A stretch of 64,000 nucleotides of DNA from positions 42,546 through 106,545 of the IMG/VR virus record IMGVR_UViG_3300046673_000306, one strand, 5' to 3'. Positions 26,350-36,295 of this stretch are shown here, one piece after another. The DNA comes from a virus. The translations under genes were made by a program, and so were the position numbers. The notes under the pieces are model-generated. The model searched no databases, was not told where the DNA came from, and saw only the letters and a program-made list of their open reading frames with translations. The stretch's first letter is position 1. Each line of letters begins with the position of its first letter.

Positions 26350-29300
26350 TCAGCACTTTGGATCGATGTATGCGATCGCCAGTCCCATTATGTAATACTG
26401 CTGCGTCAGCTGGTTGGACGGGGTCACGGTCAGGCTTAGATTTTTCTGCACGGAGCCTGAGGAGTTGGTCGCGATGATCGTAAAATTAATGGTGTTGGTC
26501 TGCCCGCTCATGACCGTGCTCGTCGTAATTGCTGCACTCGGACCGACTGGGGCGGAGTACGTTGTTGTGGTGGGTACAGACCTCGCCGCTGGGGCAGAAC
26601 TTGAGGTCAGGACACCGGATATTTCTCCTGTATATTTATTTATCGATAATCCCTCGGGGAGACCGAGAGCGTTATATGAGGTGGGGTTGTTCAGAGCCAC
26701 GATCGCGTACGTGAACGGGACCCCAACTTTTGCAGACGCCGACAGTTGACTGGTTATGACAGGAGCGGGCAACCGGGAGGAACCTGGAGCGGCAGAAGAC
26801 GGAGCCGCTCCCAAAAAAGAGCTTAGCATAGAGGTAAAAGATGGTGGCACCGAGGCCGGAGGCGCGGATGGGGTAGATATGCTGACGTGGTTCCTGTCTA
26901 TCGCACTGGGCAGGAATGAGTTAGTGTTGATCCAGATCGTGGGGACGCCCTTTATCGTATTCCCCAGAAATTCTGGGAGGTCGGCAATGATTGCTTGGGC
27001 CGCTACGACTTCCAGGGCGTGGCCCAGGCTGTAGGGGGACTGGGCTACATAGATATATGCCGCGATCGGGAATTTGAACGATATTATTGGCGTAGTGTCG
27101 ATCCCGGCCTGCTGCAATGGCGCGAGGAAGGCGGAGGCCCCAGTTTTTTGCAGGATGTCCCCGGTTGGGAACGTCTCCCTGAGTACGAACTTTATCTTTG
27201 AACTCCCTAGATAGGCCTTGAATGCCAGTACCTCGGGGTTCGCGATCAGGGCCGCAAGCTCTTGTTCGGCGGAATTTATTTCCTTCCCTATGAAATTATT
27301 CAACTTAGTTAAGTAAGCCGCGACCAGCTCCGGGCCTTTGTTTTTTACATCTTTGAGGAAATTCCATATCTTACCCGGGGCGTTCTCGATGTCGGTCACG
27401 GCATTATTATACGCTGTTACCACCGAAGACCAGGCTTGAGATCGGGCCGCTACGATTCTGGGCTTTGACTGCTTCGGGTTCTTCTTCTTGCTTTGCTTGT
27501 TGCAGAGTGCGGATCGGATCACCGAGGTCGAGAGCACTGCTGAAATCTTGGTTATGAACGTTCTCGTGGCTGAGGCCTTCACCGGTTGACAGGTGAATCC
27601 GAACTGACTTGAGGTACCGGGGTTTAACGCTGCGGGATTTCCCGTCGCGATGAAGTTCAACTTGGCGCTGGCAACGCTCACGAAATTAGTGGCGTTCACC
27701 GCCGCGTTCCCCTGGCCGTAAAAGTTACACATGCTGGTGTACGTTTCGTCCGTCTGTGGTCCGGACGTCCCATATCCCACGCTACCGCTGGGAAGCGCGT
27801 CTGTCCAATGCCGACCATGGGTGAGCCCTAGGGTTGTGGTAAAATCCTTGCCCTGCGTGTAGCTGTGGTTAATGGTTGATATGTAGTAGACGAGCATCTG
27901 CTGCAACGACGTGAGAGTGCTGTTCGGGGTCGTGGTCGAGGGTGCCGTCGACGTAGACGTGGCCGTCGAGACCGTGGAGTTGGCGGGCAAGGACACTCCT
28001 GGAGCCGAGGTCGCAAACGGGTTTAGGCTCACCGATTGCAGGGCGCCCCCCAGGTTTCCGACAAAGGCTACGGTGTTGCACAGCCTCAGCTCGGGAGTCC
28101 CGTTTATGGTCACGGTCGCCGACTTCAGCTCGGCGTTGCGTCGGTTCAGGAGCGCGCGACAGTAACTGGCGCGGCCCTGATCGACATTATACTGGTCACC
28201 TTGGTTGGCCTGGCTCGGACCAACCTGCCCAGACGGGGGCGGGGTCGTGCCACTGAAAATTGGCGATGATTTTTTCTGGTACCTGACCGCGTACCTCTGG
28301 AGGACTGGGGTTGAAGTCTGGACAAAGGACCTGCCCTGGATAATAGGATCGATCGTGCTACCGTTTGCGAAGAAGCTCGGTTGCGTGTCGAGTTCCATCA
28401 CGGTTACCACCGCCTTCTCGTCCACGGAGTGAGCTTCGGAAATAATGTCGATGTCCTCGATGTAGTACTGGGGGGCGAACGGGTTCAGATAGTAGAGCGG
28501 CGGATGATAGTTGAGGACCCCCATGTTGTCGGCGTACCACTCGAATTCTTGGACCTCGGCGATCTGGGCGCAGACCTCCCATTTTGTTAGTTCATCCGTC
28601 TCCCACATCCTGAACGCGTCCCGGAGCTGAGTCGCGTACGGTGGCCAGTTATTGGCCAGATCATTGAAGATGTTGACCTTGATGTCCTTAAAATCCCAGG
28701 CCAAGTTCACGACCTGGTTCCCGATGCTCACGGTTGATGTAGTTGTGCTCTTAGTCGCCGCCGCATTGGTCGCGGTCGATGTCGCGGCGGTGGACGCGGT
28801 TGGAGTCGTCCCGGGGATGGCAAGTACTGGCGCTGGAGTAGTCGCTTGATTGGACAAAGCGGTCGCGGAAGCCGAAGTCGATGTCGCGGTCATGACCGTG
28901 GCTGGCATGTATCCGGGGCCGCTTTGAACATTGACCGTCGTAGCCACGAACGTGGCGTTGGACATTCCCAGGATGGAGCCCGTCTGACCCTGGATTACGC
29001 TCTGCACCATTTCGCCGCCGGTAAGATTATTGGGCTGGTTCTCGGCGGCGATCAGGCTGCTTCCAAAGACCGTGGTCTGTAGGCCGAGGCTGTTCAGGGT
29101 CGTATCCAACTGGGGGTCGATGTTTATCCTGGCGAGGCGCACCATCCTCCCGACATCCTCGCCATCGACCTTTACGGCCACGGTGCTGCCTGAGTAGGAA
29201 ACGCTAGTTTTAGTCACGAATCCGGTGAAAATGGGGTAGTAATCGGTGGGGAAGTTAGCGCTCACAGAGTAGCGCCTCCTGGCCCAAATCTGAATCATGT

Positions 29301-30438
29301 CGAAGGGCGCGATCGTGGTTTCCCGCATGTTCGCGGTTAAGATGCTCAGGGTCCGAGCCGGGATCGCCGACCCGCGCGTGGTCGTTGATCCGCTAGACAC
29401 CTGCTTCTCAAGGTTCGCCATGTTAAAGACGTCATTGACCTGGAGCCCGAAGAAGAGGTCTGGAACCTGACCGTTGGCTGCCAGGGGCAAGTGGAAGGTA
29501 ACGGACCCGGTGCCGGGCTGTCCCTTCCTGTTCATCGAGGTCTGCATCGAGTAGGGGCCGAGCAGGCAGTCGAGCAGGATCGGATCGTAGAAGGGTTGGA
29601 GCGCTGAGGACTTTTTCAGGACCGAGAGGTTGCTCTTGGCGTCGTTCAGCTGAGTGTTCAGGATCGCAATCTGTTGCTGGAGGTCTATTGCGAGTCCGAG
29701 TTTGTCGGTGGAAACCCCGACCAGATTTTGGAGGGCATTCAAGTTGGTGATCAAATTGCTGAGCAGCGTCCCCGTGGTCTGCTGTCCGGGGATTGCCGAG
29801 GTCCCGATGCTATTAATAAAGGCACTGGCGACGTTGTTCTTGATCAGAGTCGTGAGCGCATCCTCTATGGCTGTACATGTGTTCTGGATGTCGGCCATCG
29901 GCAATGGTATGGTGTTTGATATTGAAGTCACGTTGTTTAAGGTCGTCTGGAAATTTGAAGAGGCCTGGGAAAGAGGGGACGGTGCAGTCGGGCTACTCGG
30001 AATCGAGTTGAAATTATTTATGTTCGTAACCAACTTCGGGTAGAATGCGAGGTCGGTCTGGAGCTGGTTCTGCTGCGCCGTGCTGAGGCTGAACTCGGAG
30101 GGGTTTATTGATAGGCCAGCCAACTCATTTTTGAAACTGGTTAACTGGGCGCTCAGGCTCGCCACGTTCGCGATTGCCTTTGCGAGGTTGTCCTCGAATT
30201 CGGTGGCCACGGACCTAGCCTTGATCGTGACCTGCTTATTAAACTGCGTTGGCTGATACGATGCAAAGGCCTGTTTTATCTGCTTATCCGAGGGCATCGT
30301 CACGTCCTGGGAATAGGCCGAACCCGTGATCTGGCTCGGGGCGAGCGTAACGCCAGGAACATAGGTCAGCTCTCCGGGGACCAGGAGCCTCCGGAAGAAG
30401 ACCTTGATGTCCGGTTGCGGCGTGATCACGTTCGGCAT
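26350..30438 (-). CDS. baseplate hub protein (gp27/gpD-like) with C-terminal putative Ig domain
   Basis: PIFTGFVT; FEWYAD.MG.L.YHPPLY; ATVTINGTPELR; YYISTINHSY..FTTTLGL; GLPEGLSIN..TGEISG. Confidence 0.75.
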   Translation of the reverse strand: MPNVITPQPDIKVFFRRLLVPGELTYVPGVTLAPSQITGSAYSQDVTMPSDKQIKQAFASYQPTQFNKQVTIKARSVATEFEDNLAKAIANVASLSAQLTSFKNELAGLSINPSEFSLSTAQQNQLQTDLAFYPKLVTNINNFNSIPSSPTAPSPLSQASSNFQTTLNNVTSISNTIPLPMADIQNTCTAIEDALTTLIKNNVASAFINSIGTSAIPGQQTTGTLLSNLITNLNALQNLVGVSTDKLGLAIDLQQQIAILNTQLNDAKSNLSVLKKSSALQPFYDPILLDCLLGPYSMQTSMNRKGQPGTGSVTFHLPLAANGQVPDLFFGLQVNDVFNMANLEKQVSSGSTTTRGSAIPARTLSILTANMRETTIAPFDMIQIWARRRYSVSANFPTDYYPIFTGFVTKTSVSYSGSTVAVKVDGEDVGRMVRLARINIDPQLDTTLNSLGLQTTVFGSSLIAAENQPNNLTGGEMVQSVIQGQTGSILGMSNATFVATTVNVQSGPGYMPATVMTATSTSASATALSNQATTPAPVLAIPGTTPTASTAATSTATNAAATKSTTTSTVSIGNQVVNLAWDFKDIKVNIFNDLANNWPPYATQLRDAFRMWETDELTKWEVCAQIAEVQEFEWYADNMGVLNYHPPLYYLNPFAPQYYIEDIDIISEAHSVDEKAVVTVMELDTQPSFFANGSTIDPIIQGRSFVQTSTPVLQRYAVRYQKKSSPIFSGTTPPPSGQVGPSQANQGDQYNVDQGRASYCRALLNRRNAELKSATVTINGTPELRLCNTVAFVGNLGGALQSVSLNPFATSAPGVSLPANSTVSTATSTSTAPSTTTPNSTLTSLQQMLVYYISTINHSYTQGKDFTTTLGLTHGRHWTDALPSGSVGYGTSGPQTDETYTSMCNFYGQGNAAVNATNFVSVASAKLNFIATGNPAALNPGTSSQFGFTCQPVKASATRTFITKISAVLSTSVIRSALCNKQSKKKNPKQSKPRIVAARSQAWSSVVTAYNNAVTDIENAPGKIWNFLKDVKNKGPELVAAYLTKLNNFIGKEINSAEQELAALIANPEVLAFKAYLGSSKIKFVLRETFPTGDILQKTGASAFLAPLQQAGIDTTPIISFKFPIAAYIYVAQSPYSLGHALEVVAAQAIIADLPEFLGNTIKGVPTIWINTNSFLPSAIDRNHVSISTPSAPPASVPPSFTSMLSSFLGAAPSSAAPGSSRLPAPVITSQLSASAKVGVPFTYAIVALNNPTSYNALGLPEGLSINKYTGEISGVLTSSSAPAARSVPTTTTYSAPVGPSAAITTSTVMSGQTNTINFTIIATNSSGSVQKNLSLTVTPSNQLTQQYYIMGLAIAYIDPKC

Positions 30439-30439
30439 A

Positions 30440-31180
30440 TTAGAAGAGCTGGACCCCCCAGCCGCTGCCGTACTGAACGGGAGACGCTGCGATCGCGCTT
30501 ATGTTAGTTTTATTGATGTTGCCGAGCTTGTTCATGTTGATGAGATTCGCTGCCGTCGTCGCGATGTTGCTGCTGAGGACAGAAGTCACGTTCTTGGTCA
30601 CGGTAAACGTGAAGCTATAGGTAAACTGGTACGGGACGTCGGCGCTAAGGCTATAGGAAAAATCGTTGAAGTACCCGTTCAGGACCTGACTCTCGTATAG
30701 CATGGAAAGGATCGGGTTACCGAGGAATGGCTGGGCATCGTTGAATCGGCTCTGGTAGCACTGGCGCTTGAGCAGCTCGAACGCGGCCAGAGGTTGCTTG
30801 CTGACCTGGAAGTAGGCGGTGGCCGCCGTCACGGTTATGATCTCAAGGTCGTGGCCCCAAAACTGGACGACGAAGCCGCCGCGCGTTGGTTTCTTGTCCA
30901 GGAGTACGTTCTTCTTTACCTCTATCGTCTTCGGGTTCAGGTAGAGTTGGACCACGGGGTTCTGGACCTGCCCCAGCAAGAAGTCTGCGGAGTTGAAATT
31001 TGCGGTCAGGCTGCTGAAGTTCTTCAGCTGGCTGGCGCTGGGGACGGCGGCCTTCAGGAAATTGGTGGCATTCTGCCCGACCTGGGCCGTCAAGCCGTTG
31101 GCTCCTAGGGTCGCGACCACGAGGTCGGTGAACGCCATCTTCGTCACGTGGAGGCTGGATGCTGTCGGGATTATGGCCAT
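30440..31180 (-). CDS. tail tube initiator/baseplate protein
   Basis: LYLNP..I......TRGGFVVQFWG..GYF..FSY..YSFTF; follows the tape measure. Confidence 0.65.
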   Translation of the reverse strand: MAIIPTASSLHVTKMAFTDLVVATLGANGLTAQVGQNATNFLKAAVPSASQLKNFSSLTANFNSADFLLGQVQNPVVQLYLNPKTIEVKKNVLLDKKPTRGGFVVQFWGHDLEIITVTAATAYFQVSKQPLAAFELLKRQCYQSRFNDAQPFLGNPILSMLYESQVLNGYFNDFSYSLSADVPYQFTYSFTFTVTKNVTSVLSSNIATTAANLINMNKLGNINKTNISAIAASPVQYGSGWGVQLF

Positions 31181-31182
31181 AT

Positions 31183-33114
31183 CTATACCGAGTAGATGGC
31201 TCTGCTGGCTTGTTCTGTTATTTTATCTGCCAGCTCGGAACACGCTAGTTTTATGTCGTCGCCTATTTCCCGACGACTCGCACCCACCGTGACATGAGCT
31301 TGAACATGTATGGTGGTGGTCGACGATCCGGCTTCTTCCTTGATATACCCAACAGGAGAGCGTGGCATTGGTTTTCTGGTACCGAATTTCTTATCCGGAT
31401 TCGGATCACTGGTAAATATCATCGGTTCCCAACTTCCTTCCGGATGTTCTTTCCTTTCTTTTTGTTCGCGGGCCGCTTCATTCCATCCGTTCTTGAATCC
31501 CTCTCCGAAAGAAGTGGTACCGATACCTGTGTTGGGAACCATTTTCTTTGGATTTTCAGCAAAATCCCCTGCTTTTTTCATGGCCGATACTAACCCTTCC
31601 CTACCAAGTATCCCAAGTTCCCTATCTATTTCCAGTATCCTATCCGATAATTTCCTGGCAGAATCAGCAGCTTTTTCACCAGCTGTTGAAAGATTTTTTA
31701 GTGCGACTGTGGAAGCATCGCGCTGCTTATCCATGGTGTCGGCTACGGATTCTTTTCTGGTTAGATCGAGTTTTTCTGGATGCTCAAATTGCTTCTGATA
31801 TTCTTCCGGGCTTGCCAGAGGGGAGCCCGAGAAAAGGTCATAGAGTTTTTGGAATACCAGCAGTTGATTTTGCCCGCCCATTTCCTTGGCCATGGTCTGG
31901 GCTAATCCGGCAGCCCCCCCAGATGCTTCGTAGGCCGATTTCCCACGATCGCTCATCATTGTGTGCAGAATCTCGTCCATGGACATGCCTTGACGCAGGC
32001 CCATCTTGGCGGCCATGTCCGGAGAATGTTGCATTATCATCGTGGCGCGCTCGATCATTTTGTCAAAGCCACCGGCTTCCGTCGAGTATCCTGCTGCAAG
32101 TTGCTGAGCAGTCACCGTGCCACGCTGAAGTTGCTTAGCGAATGTTGACGTCAATGCCGACGCCTCATCTGCCGATCCCCCAAGGGTCTTTATGGAATCT
32201 GATACGGAATCGAACTCCTTTGAGAATACAGTGATCCCGACACCGGCCTTGTGCGCTCCGGTCACGAACGACGCATAGGCGCTATCCATGGCTGGTCCAG
32301 ATAGCTGGAATTGAGTTCCGAGTCTCGACACTATCTCAGTGCTTCTGCCTAGTTCTAATCCATTGGCAGAGTGCATCAGGGCTGCCAATCCAACAGAATG
32401 GGCAAGAGCATCGGTCGCCGCCTGACCGCGAGACATGCTTGACGTTGTGGCCCCAACAGCTATTCCGGCCTCAGAGAAAGATTGAGCCATCTTTGCCGCT
32501 TGTTCCTGTTCTATGTTGAGCTGGGTTCCAGCTGATATCATGCTATCAGCCATCGTCTTAAACCCAAGTCCGGTTTCTTCGGCGGAGCCGCCCATTGCCA
32601 GAACAGATTCCCCGGCTGCTCTTTGAGCCATAGTCGCGTCATCAGCTGCCCTGACCTGGGCGGTCAAGGCATTAGCGGCTGCGGCAGCTATTGTCGCAAG
32701 GGGCGCCATCTCAGGAACTAATGCGCTGATGGTTGTCGCCAGACCATTCGCCACATTATCTATAGCGTTTCCCAAATTCCTGGTTAAGGCTGTTCCTGTT
32801 GTTACCGTGACCGCATTGATCACCGACGAGATTGTGTTCAGAGCCGACTCGGTGGCAGAGACTGCTGTTGCCAGTTGCCGCAGCTTCTTGTCTGACTCCT
32901 CCCTAGTTTTCCTCTCGGCATCGGTAGCATGGAGCATCTTCCCTAGGGACTCCGAGACCTTGTCCATGGCATCGGCAGCCCGGCCCATCGCGTCCGAGGC
33001 CTTCCCCGTATTCTCGGAAGCGCTCTCCACGGATTTGATGTAGTCTTCCAGTTTTGGGTTCGAGGGCATCAGCGACCCCGGCCCCGGCATATTCGGCACT
33101 TCCGGATCAGCCAC
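31183..33114 (-). CDS. tape measure protein
   Basis: Ala/Gly-rich helical 643-aa ORF directly after the tail chaperones; lower GC. Confidence 0.75.
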   Translation of the reverse strand: MADPEVPNMPGPGSLMPSNPKLEDYIKSVESASENTGKASDAMGRAADAMDKVSESLGKMLHATDAERKTREESDKKLRQLATAVSATESALNTISSVINAVTVTTGTALTRNLGNAIDNVANGLATTISALVPEMAPLATIAAAAANALTAQVRAADDATMAQRAAGESVLAMGGSAEETGLGFKTMADSMISAGTQLNIEQEQAAKMAQSFSEAGIAVGATTSSMSRGQAATDALAHSVGLAALMHSANGLELGRSTEIVSRLGTQFQLSGPAMDSAYASFVTGAHKAGVGITVFSKEFDSVSDSIKTLGGSADEASALTSTFAKQLQRGTVTAQQLAAGYSTEAGGFDKMIERATMIMQHSPDMAAKMGLRQGMSMDEILHTMMSDRGKSAYEASGGAAGLAQTMAKEMGGQNQLLVFQKLYDLFSGSPLASPEEYQKQFEHPEKLDLTRKESVADTMDKQRDASTVALKNLSTAGEKAADSARKLSDRILEIDRELGILGREGLVSAMKKAGDFAENPKKMVPNTGIGTTSFGEGFKNGWNEAAREQKERKEHPEGSWEPMIFTSDPNPDKKFGTRKPMPRSPVGYIKEEAGSSTTTIHVQAHVTVGASRREIGDDIKLACSELADKITEQASRAIYSV

Positions 33115-33532
33115 GTTCAGCCTCCTCTGCCCACTTCTTCCTCAGCTTCGCCAGGGCCACAGGGCCCTCGGCGTCGACCTTTCTTCCGTTCGTGATCAGC
33201 TCCTGTACCCGGCGCTCATGATCGAAGTCCACTATCTTTTTTACCTTCACCTGCGTGCTGCCCGCAGCCGTCTTCGACATCGACGAGGTCTCCGTCACCG
33301 GCTTCTCCGGGGTCGGGTCATCGTCGCTACCGCCCCCGCACATGATCCTGGAGATGGCCTCTACGACTTGCCTGGCCTTCTCCCACTCCCGGTGATCCTC
33401 CATGATAGCGCACCGGATGTACATGCGTCTCTGCCACTGCGGCAGCCGGTAGAACTGGTCGAAACCTCCGAGACCCAGCGCCCCGACTACTTTCCAGCAC
33501 CAGTAGAGGTAGTCGGGGTCGGTGCGTTTTTT
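33107..33532 (-). CDS. tail assembly chaperone C-terminal extension (G-T type, reached by -1 frameshift)
   Basis: The -1 frame from the slippery site reads RTDPDYLYWCWKVVG..QWQRRMYIRC into ORF 33107..33424. Confidence 0.75.
   Translation of the reverse strand, partial: KKRTDPDYLYWCWKVVGALGLGGFDQFYRLPQWQRRMYIRCAIMEDHREWEKARQVVEAISRIMCGGGSDDDPTPEKPVTETSSMSKTAAGSTQVKVKKIVDFDHERRVQELITNGRKVDAEGPVALAKLRKKWAEEAERG
33481..33532 (-). promoter_or_regulatory. programmed -1 ribosomal frameshift signal
   Basis: A AAA AAC (33532-33526), 7-nt spacer, 10-bp stem CCCCGACTAC/GTAGTCGGGG. Confidence 0.8.
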
Positions 33533-33894
33533 TCGAGCGCCGCGACGGCCTGGTCCCTCTTGGCCTCCAACTTAACCAATTCCTCGTATACCCGGTTGAT
33601 CACCGGTGGGTGCCACTTATAGATCAGCTTCCTGGCCTTGCCCAGCTCCGTCAGGTTCTGGGACTTCTCCTCTTCCGTCACGGAAAAAGGCACGCCGTCG
33701 ATCGTGCTGATCGCGCGTGCCAATTTCTCGATCTTGAGGACGTGCTCTTTGGCCTTGTCCGCGAAGGGCGTGGCAGCGGCATGGGCCATGACCTCCGCGT
33801 CCGAGTCCAGCGTCTGCATCGCGAACTTGTGCCCGAGTACGGTCGGCGCGTCCTTGACGCTTCCGATTGCGGCCAATTCTTCTGCGGGAATCAT
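33487..33894 (-). CDS. tail assembly chaperone (gpG-like)
   Basis: Between tube and tape measure; ends at the slippery EKN codons. Confidence 0.8.
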   Translation of the reverse strand: MIPAEELAAIGSVKDAPTVLGHKFAMQTLDSDAEVMAHAAATPFADKAKEHVLKIEKLARAISTIDGVPFSVTEEEKSQNLTELGKARKLIYKWHPPVINRVYEELVKLEAKRDQAVAALEKNAPTPTTSTGAGK

Positions 33895-33956
33895 TAGATT
33901 TCCCTCCTTATTCTGTCGTAACTAGCCCTTTTAGGCTCCCGGCAACCGCCCACTGT

Positions 33957-34559
33957 TTAGTAGGCGATCTGATTCTGGGTCACGGTCACCTTCGACTGCG
34001 CCGTCGACGTGTTCTGCGCGCTGATGTCCATGGTCTCGACGACCAGGAGGTCCCCCGTGGCCTTGATCGGCCTGGTGTAGCGCGTGATCCAGCAGTTGTT
34101 GTAGGTCGTGATCTGCTGCGCGGTGGGGTCGACCGGGCTCTGCTCGTAGACCTTGGCCGTGAAGCCGATGGGCATGTGCGCCAGGTCGAAGATGCTGTCC
34201 ATGGTCGTGCCCTGGGCCTGTAGCCATGTCGTCAGGGCCGTCACGGTCTGAGCCATGGTCAGGCCCGCTGCGGCGCTGATCCCGGCCAGGTTCCCGCTGT
34301 CGATCGCTAGCGCCACGATATTGATCATCGTCGCGCCGTAGATCGCGATGTGCTCCAGGGCCAGGGTCACCGGCTTCGGCTGCCCCGGCGCCATCTCCAC
34401 GACGCCGACGCTCCCGATCTCGTAGATCGGGGTCACTTCTCGGGACTGAGTCTCGGTTGCTTGCCTGGCGTAGCCGATCGTGAACTGGCCGATGGCCAGC
34501 TGCACGTTCGGGCTGAGGACTGCGTTCGTTATTGCGTGGTTTCCGGTCACGTCTGCCAT
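33957..34559 (-). CDS. tail tube protein
   Basis: IG.....E.QSR.V.PIYEIG..E..PG; TYNNCWI..Y...I; follows the sheath. Confidence 0.8.
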   Translation of the reverse strand: MADVTGNHAITNAVLSPNVQLAIGQFTIGYARQATETQSREVTPIYEIGSVGVVEMAPGQPKPVTLALEHIAIYGATMINIVALAIDSGNLAGISAAAGLTMAQTVTALTTWLQAQGTTMDSIFDLAHMPIGFTAKVYEQSPVDPTAQQITTYNNCWITRYTRPIKATGDLLVVETMDISAQNTSTAQSKVTVTQNQIAY

Positions 34560-34588
34560 GGTACTCCTCCTCTCTCAAAGATGACGGC

Positions 34589-36295
34589 TTAGGCCAGGCT
34601 CAGGTCGATCGTGAAGTTGATGAGGATGTCCAGGACCTCGCCAGCGGGCTTGTACGAGAACGACACCGTGTACTTGGTGATCGATCCCGGGTTCAGGAAC
34701 GCGGACGACGGAGCAAAGGCCAAGATATCGCCGGAGGCGATCCTGGTCGTCAGGTACAAGTCCGTGATGTCCTCGATCTCGGACGGGACCGTGGGGCTGC
34801 CGCGTTGGCCCAGGACCTGGCGCCGCAGCTCGTTGCGCAGACCCGAGATCATGTCGTCCCTAGTCTCCACCGTGGGGATGCTCTTCTCGATGTCGCTGGA
34901 GATGTCGACGGTGACGTCGTTGGCCGTGGTTACGACCCCGCTGAAGCTCTCCAGGACCATGCCGCCGTTGTCGTCCATGGTGTCCATCTGCACGGGGTTG
35001 AACACGGTCACGAAGTCGTCGAAGACGGGGATGATCACGTTGAGTTCGGTCAGCGACACCTGCTGCGTGCTCCGGTACGCCGCGAGGGCAACGGCCACGT
35101 ACGAGCCGTCGAGCGTGAGTTCCAACGCCGCGTTGTTGGACACGATCGACAGCTGCGGGTCGTAGTTGCAGGCGATGGTCAAGCGGCAGTTGTTGATGGC
35201 GTTGAAGCCCTGAAGCGCGGAGATCAGGGAGTTGTACGTGGAGTTGTTCTTGAGACCGGCGTAGCACCGGCGCTCGGACAGGAACTGCGGGTCCGCCATC
35301 TGGATGCAGTGCGCGAAGCACGCGGCGATCACGGGGTTCACGGACCCGTCCGCGAGGTTCCCGATCAGGGGCACGATGTAGTAGGGCTTGATCCCGGCCA
35401 CCGGCTGCTGGAGCTTGAGCAGCGCCGCCTGGAAGTCGGCCAGGGTCGGGGCGCCGGGGGTCGCGGGCGTGATCTGGCACAAGATCAACTGGCTGGCGCC
35501 GATCCCGGGGTCCATCGCGATCTGGGCGGCCATGGACAGCTGCGAGGCTGGGTCCAAGGTCCCGGGGCTGATCACGGACGTGATGGGTCCGTACTGGGAT
35601 ATGATCGGACCGAGGTTTCCTCCGGAGAAGTACATCGGGACGTAGTCGGAGGCGACCTTGGCATAGGTGTAGGTTGTCCAATACACGGCATCCGCCGCCG
35701 GTCCGTGACCCGCGATCCAGACGATGCCGGTGGGCCCCAGGACGTAGTCAGTGCCCAGGGCGTAGTCGGTCGTGGTCTGGAAGTTGCCGACGCGGGTGAT
35801 CACCAGCGGGGGGTGAGCCAGGGTATCGGTGCTGCCGACGGGCACGGGGTCCGTCGCCACGATCCCGGTGTCGCTGAAGGTCAGGCCCGTTACTTGACCG
35901 ATCAGGCCGAGGCCGAGGGTCGCGGGGGAGTCGCCCTCGACCGTGCGGTAGACGTTGTAGCCGATGGCGCCGGGGATCGCGGTCCAGGACAGGGCATTGT
36001 AGTTCGTTTTGCTGAGCACGGCGTTGCCCGAGGACGTGGTCGCGCCTGCGGAGGCCACGCTCTCTCCGCCGGGGTTGGCGGCGGTGATGACGTAGGTCCA
36101 GGTCGCGGTTCCGGCAGTGCCCATGACCGTCAGGGTCTGAGACGCGGGGGGCAGGAGTCCGAAGCGAGTGTCCTCCTCCGTGACCGTGAACGTGGTCGAC
36201 CCCTCTCCGATGATGGCCAGGACCCTCTGGGAAGCCGAGGTCGGGGCTCCGGTCGGGGACGGCGTGTACTGACTCGTGACTCTAGGCAATGCCAT
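34589..36295 (-). CDS. tail sheath protein
   Basis: 568 aa; HC..M.....ERR; sheath C-terminus V.F.YKP..V..I.I.F; precedes the tube. Confidence 0.8.
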   Translation of the reverse strand: MALPRVTSQYTPSPTGAPTSASQRVLAIIGEGSTTFTVTEEDTRFGLLPPASQTLTVMGTAGTATWTYVITAANPGGESVASAGATTSSGNAVLSKTNYNALSWTAIPGAIGYNVYRTVEGDSPATLGLGLIGQVTGLTFSDTGIVATDPVPVGSTDTLAHPPLVITRVGNFQTTTDYALGTDYVLGPTGIVWIAGHGPAADAVYWTTYTYAKVASDYVPMYFSGGNLGPIISQYGPITSVISPGTLDPASQLSMAAQIAMDPGIGASQLILCQITPATPGAPTLADFQAALLKLQQPVAGIKPYYIVPLIGNLADGSVNPVIAACFAHCIQMADPQFLSERRCYAGLKNNSTYNSLISALQGFNAINNCRLTIACNYDPQLSIVSNNAALELTLDGSYVAVALAAYRSTQQVSLTELNVIIPVFDDFVTVFNPVQMDTMDDNGGMVLESFSGVVTTANDVTVDISSDIEKSIPTVETRDDMISGLRNELRRQVLGQRGSPTVPSEIEDITDLYLTTRIASGDILAFAPSSAFLNPGSITKYTVSFSYKPAGEVLDILINFTIDLSLA

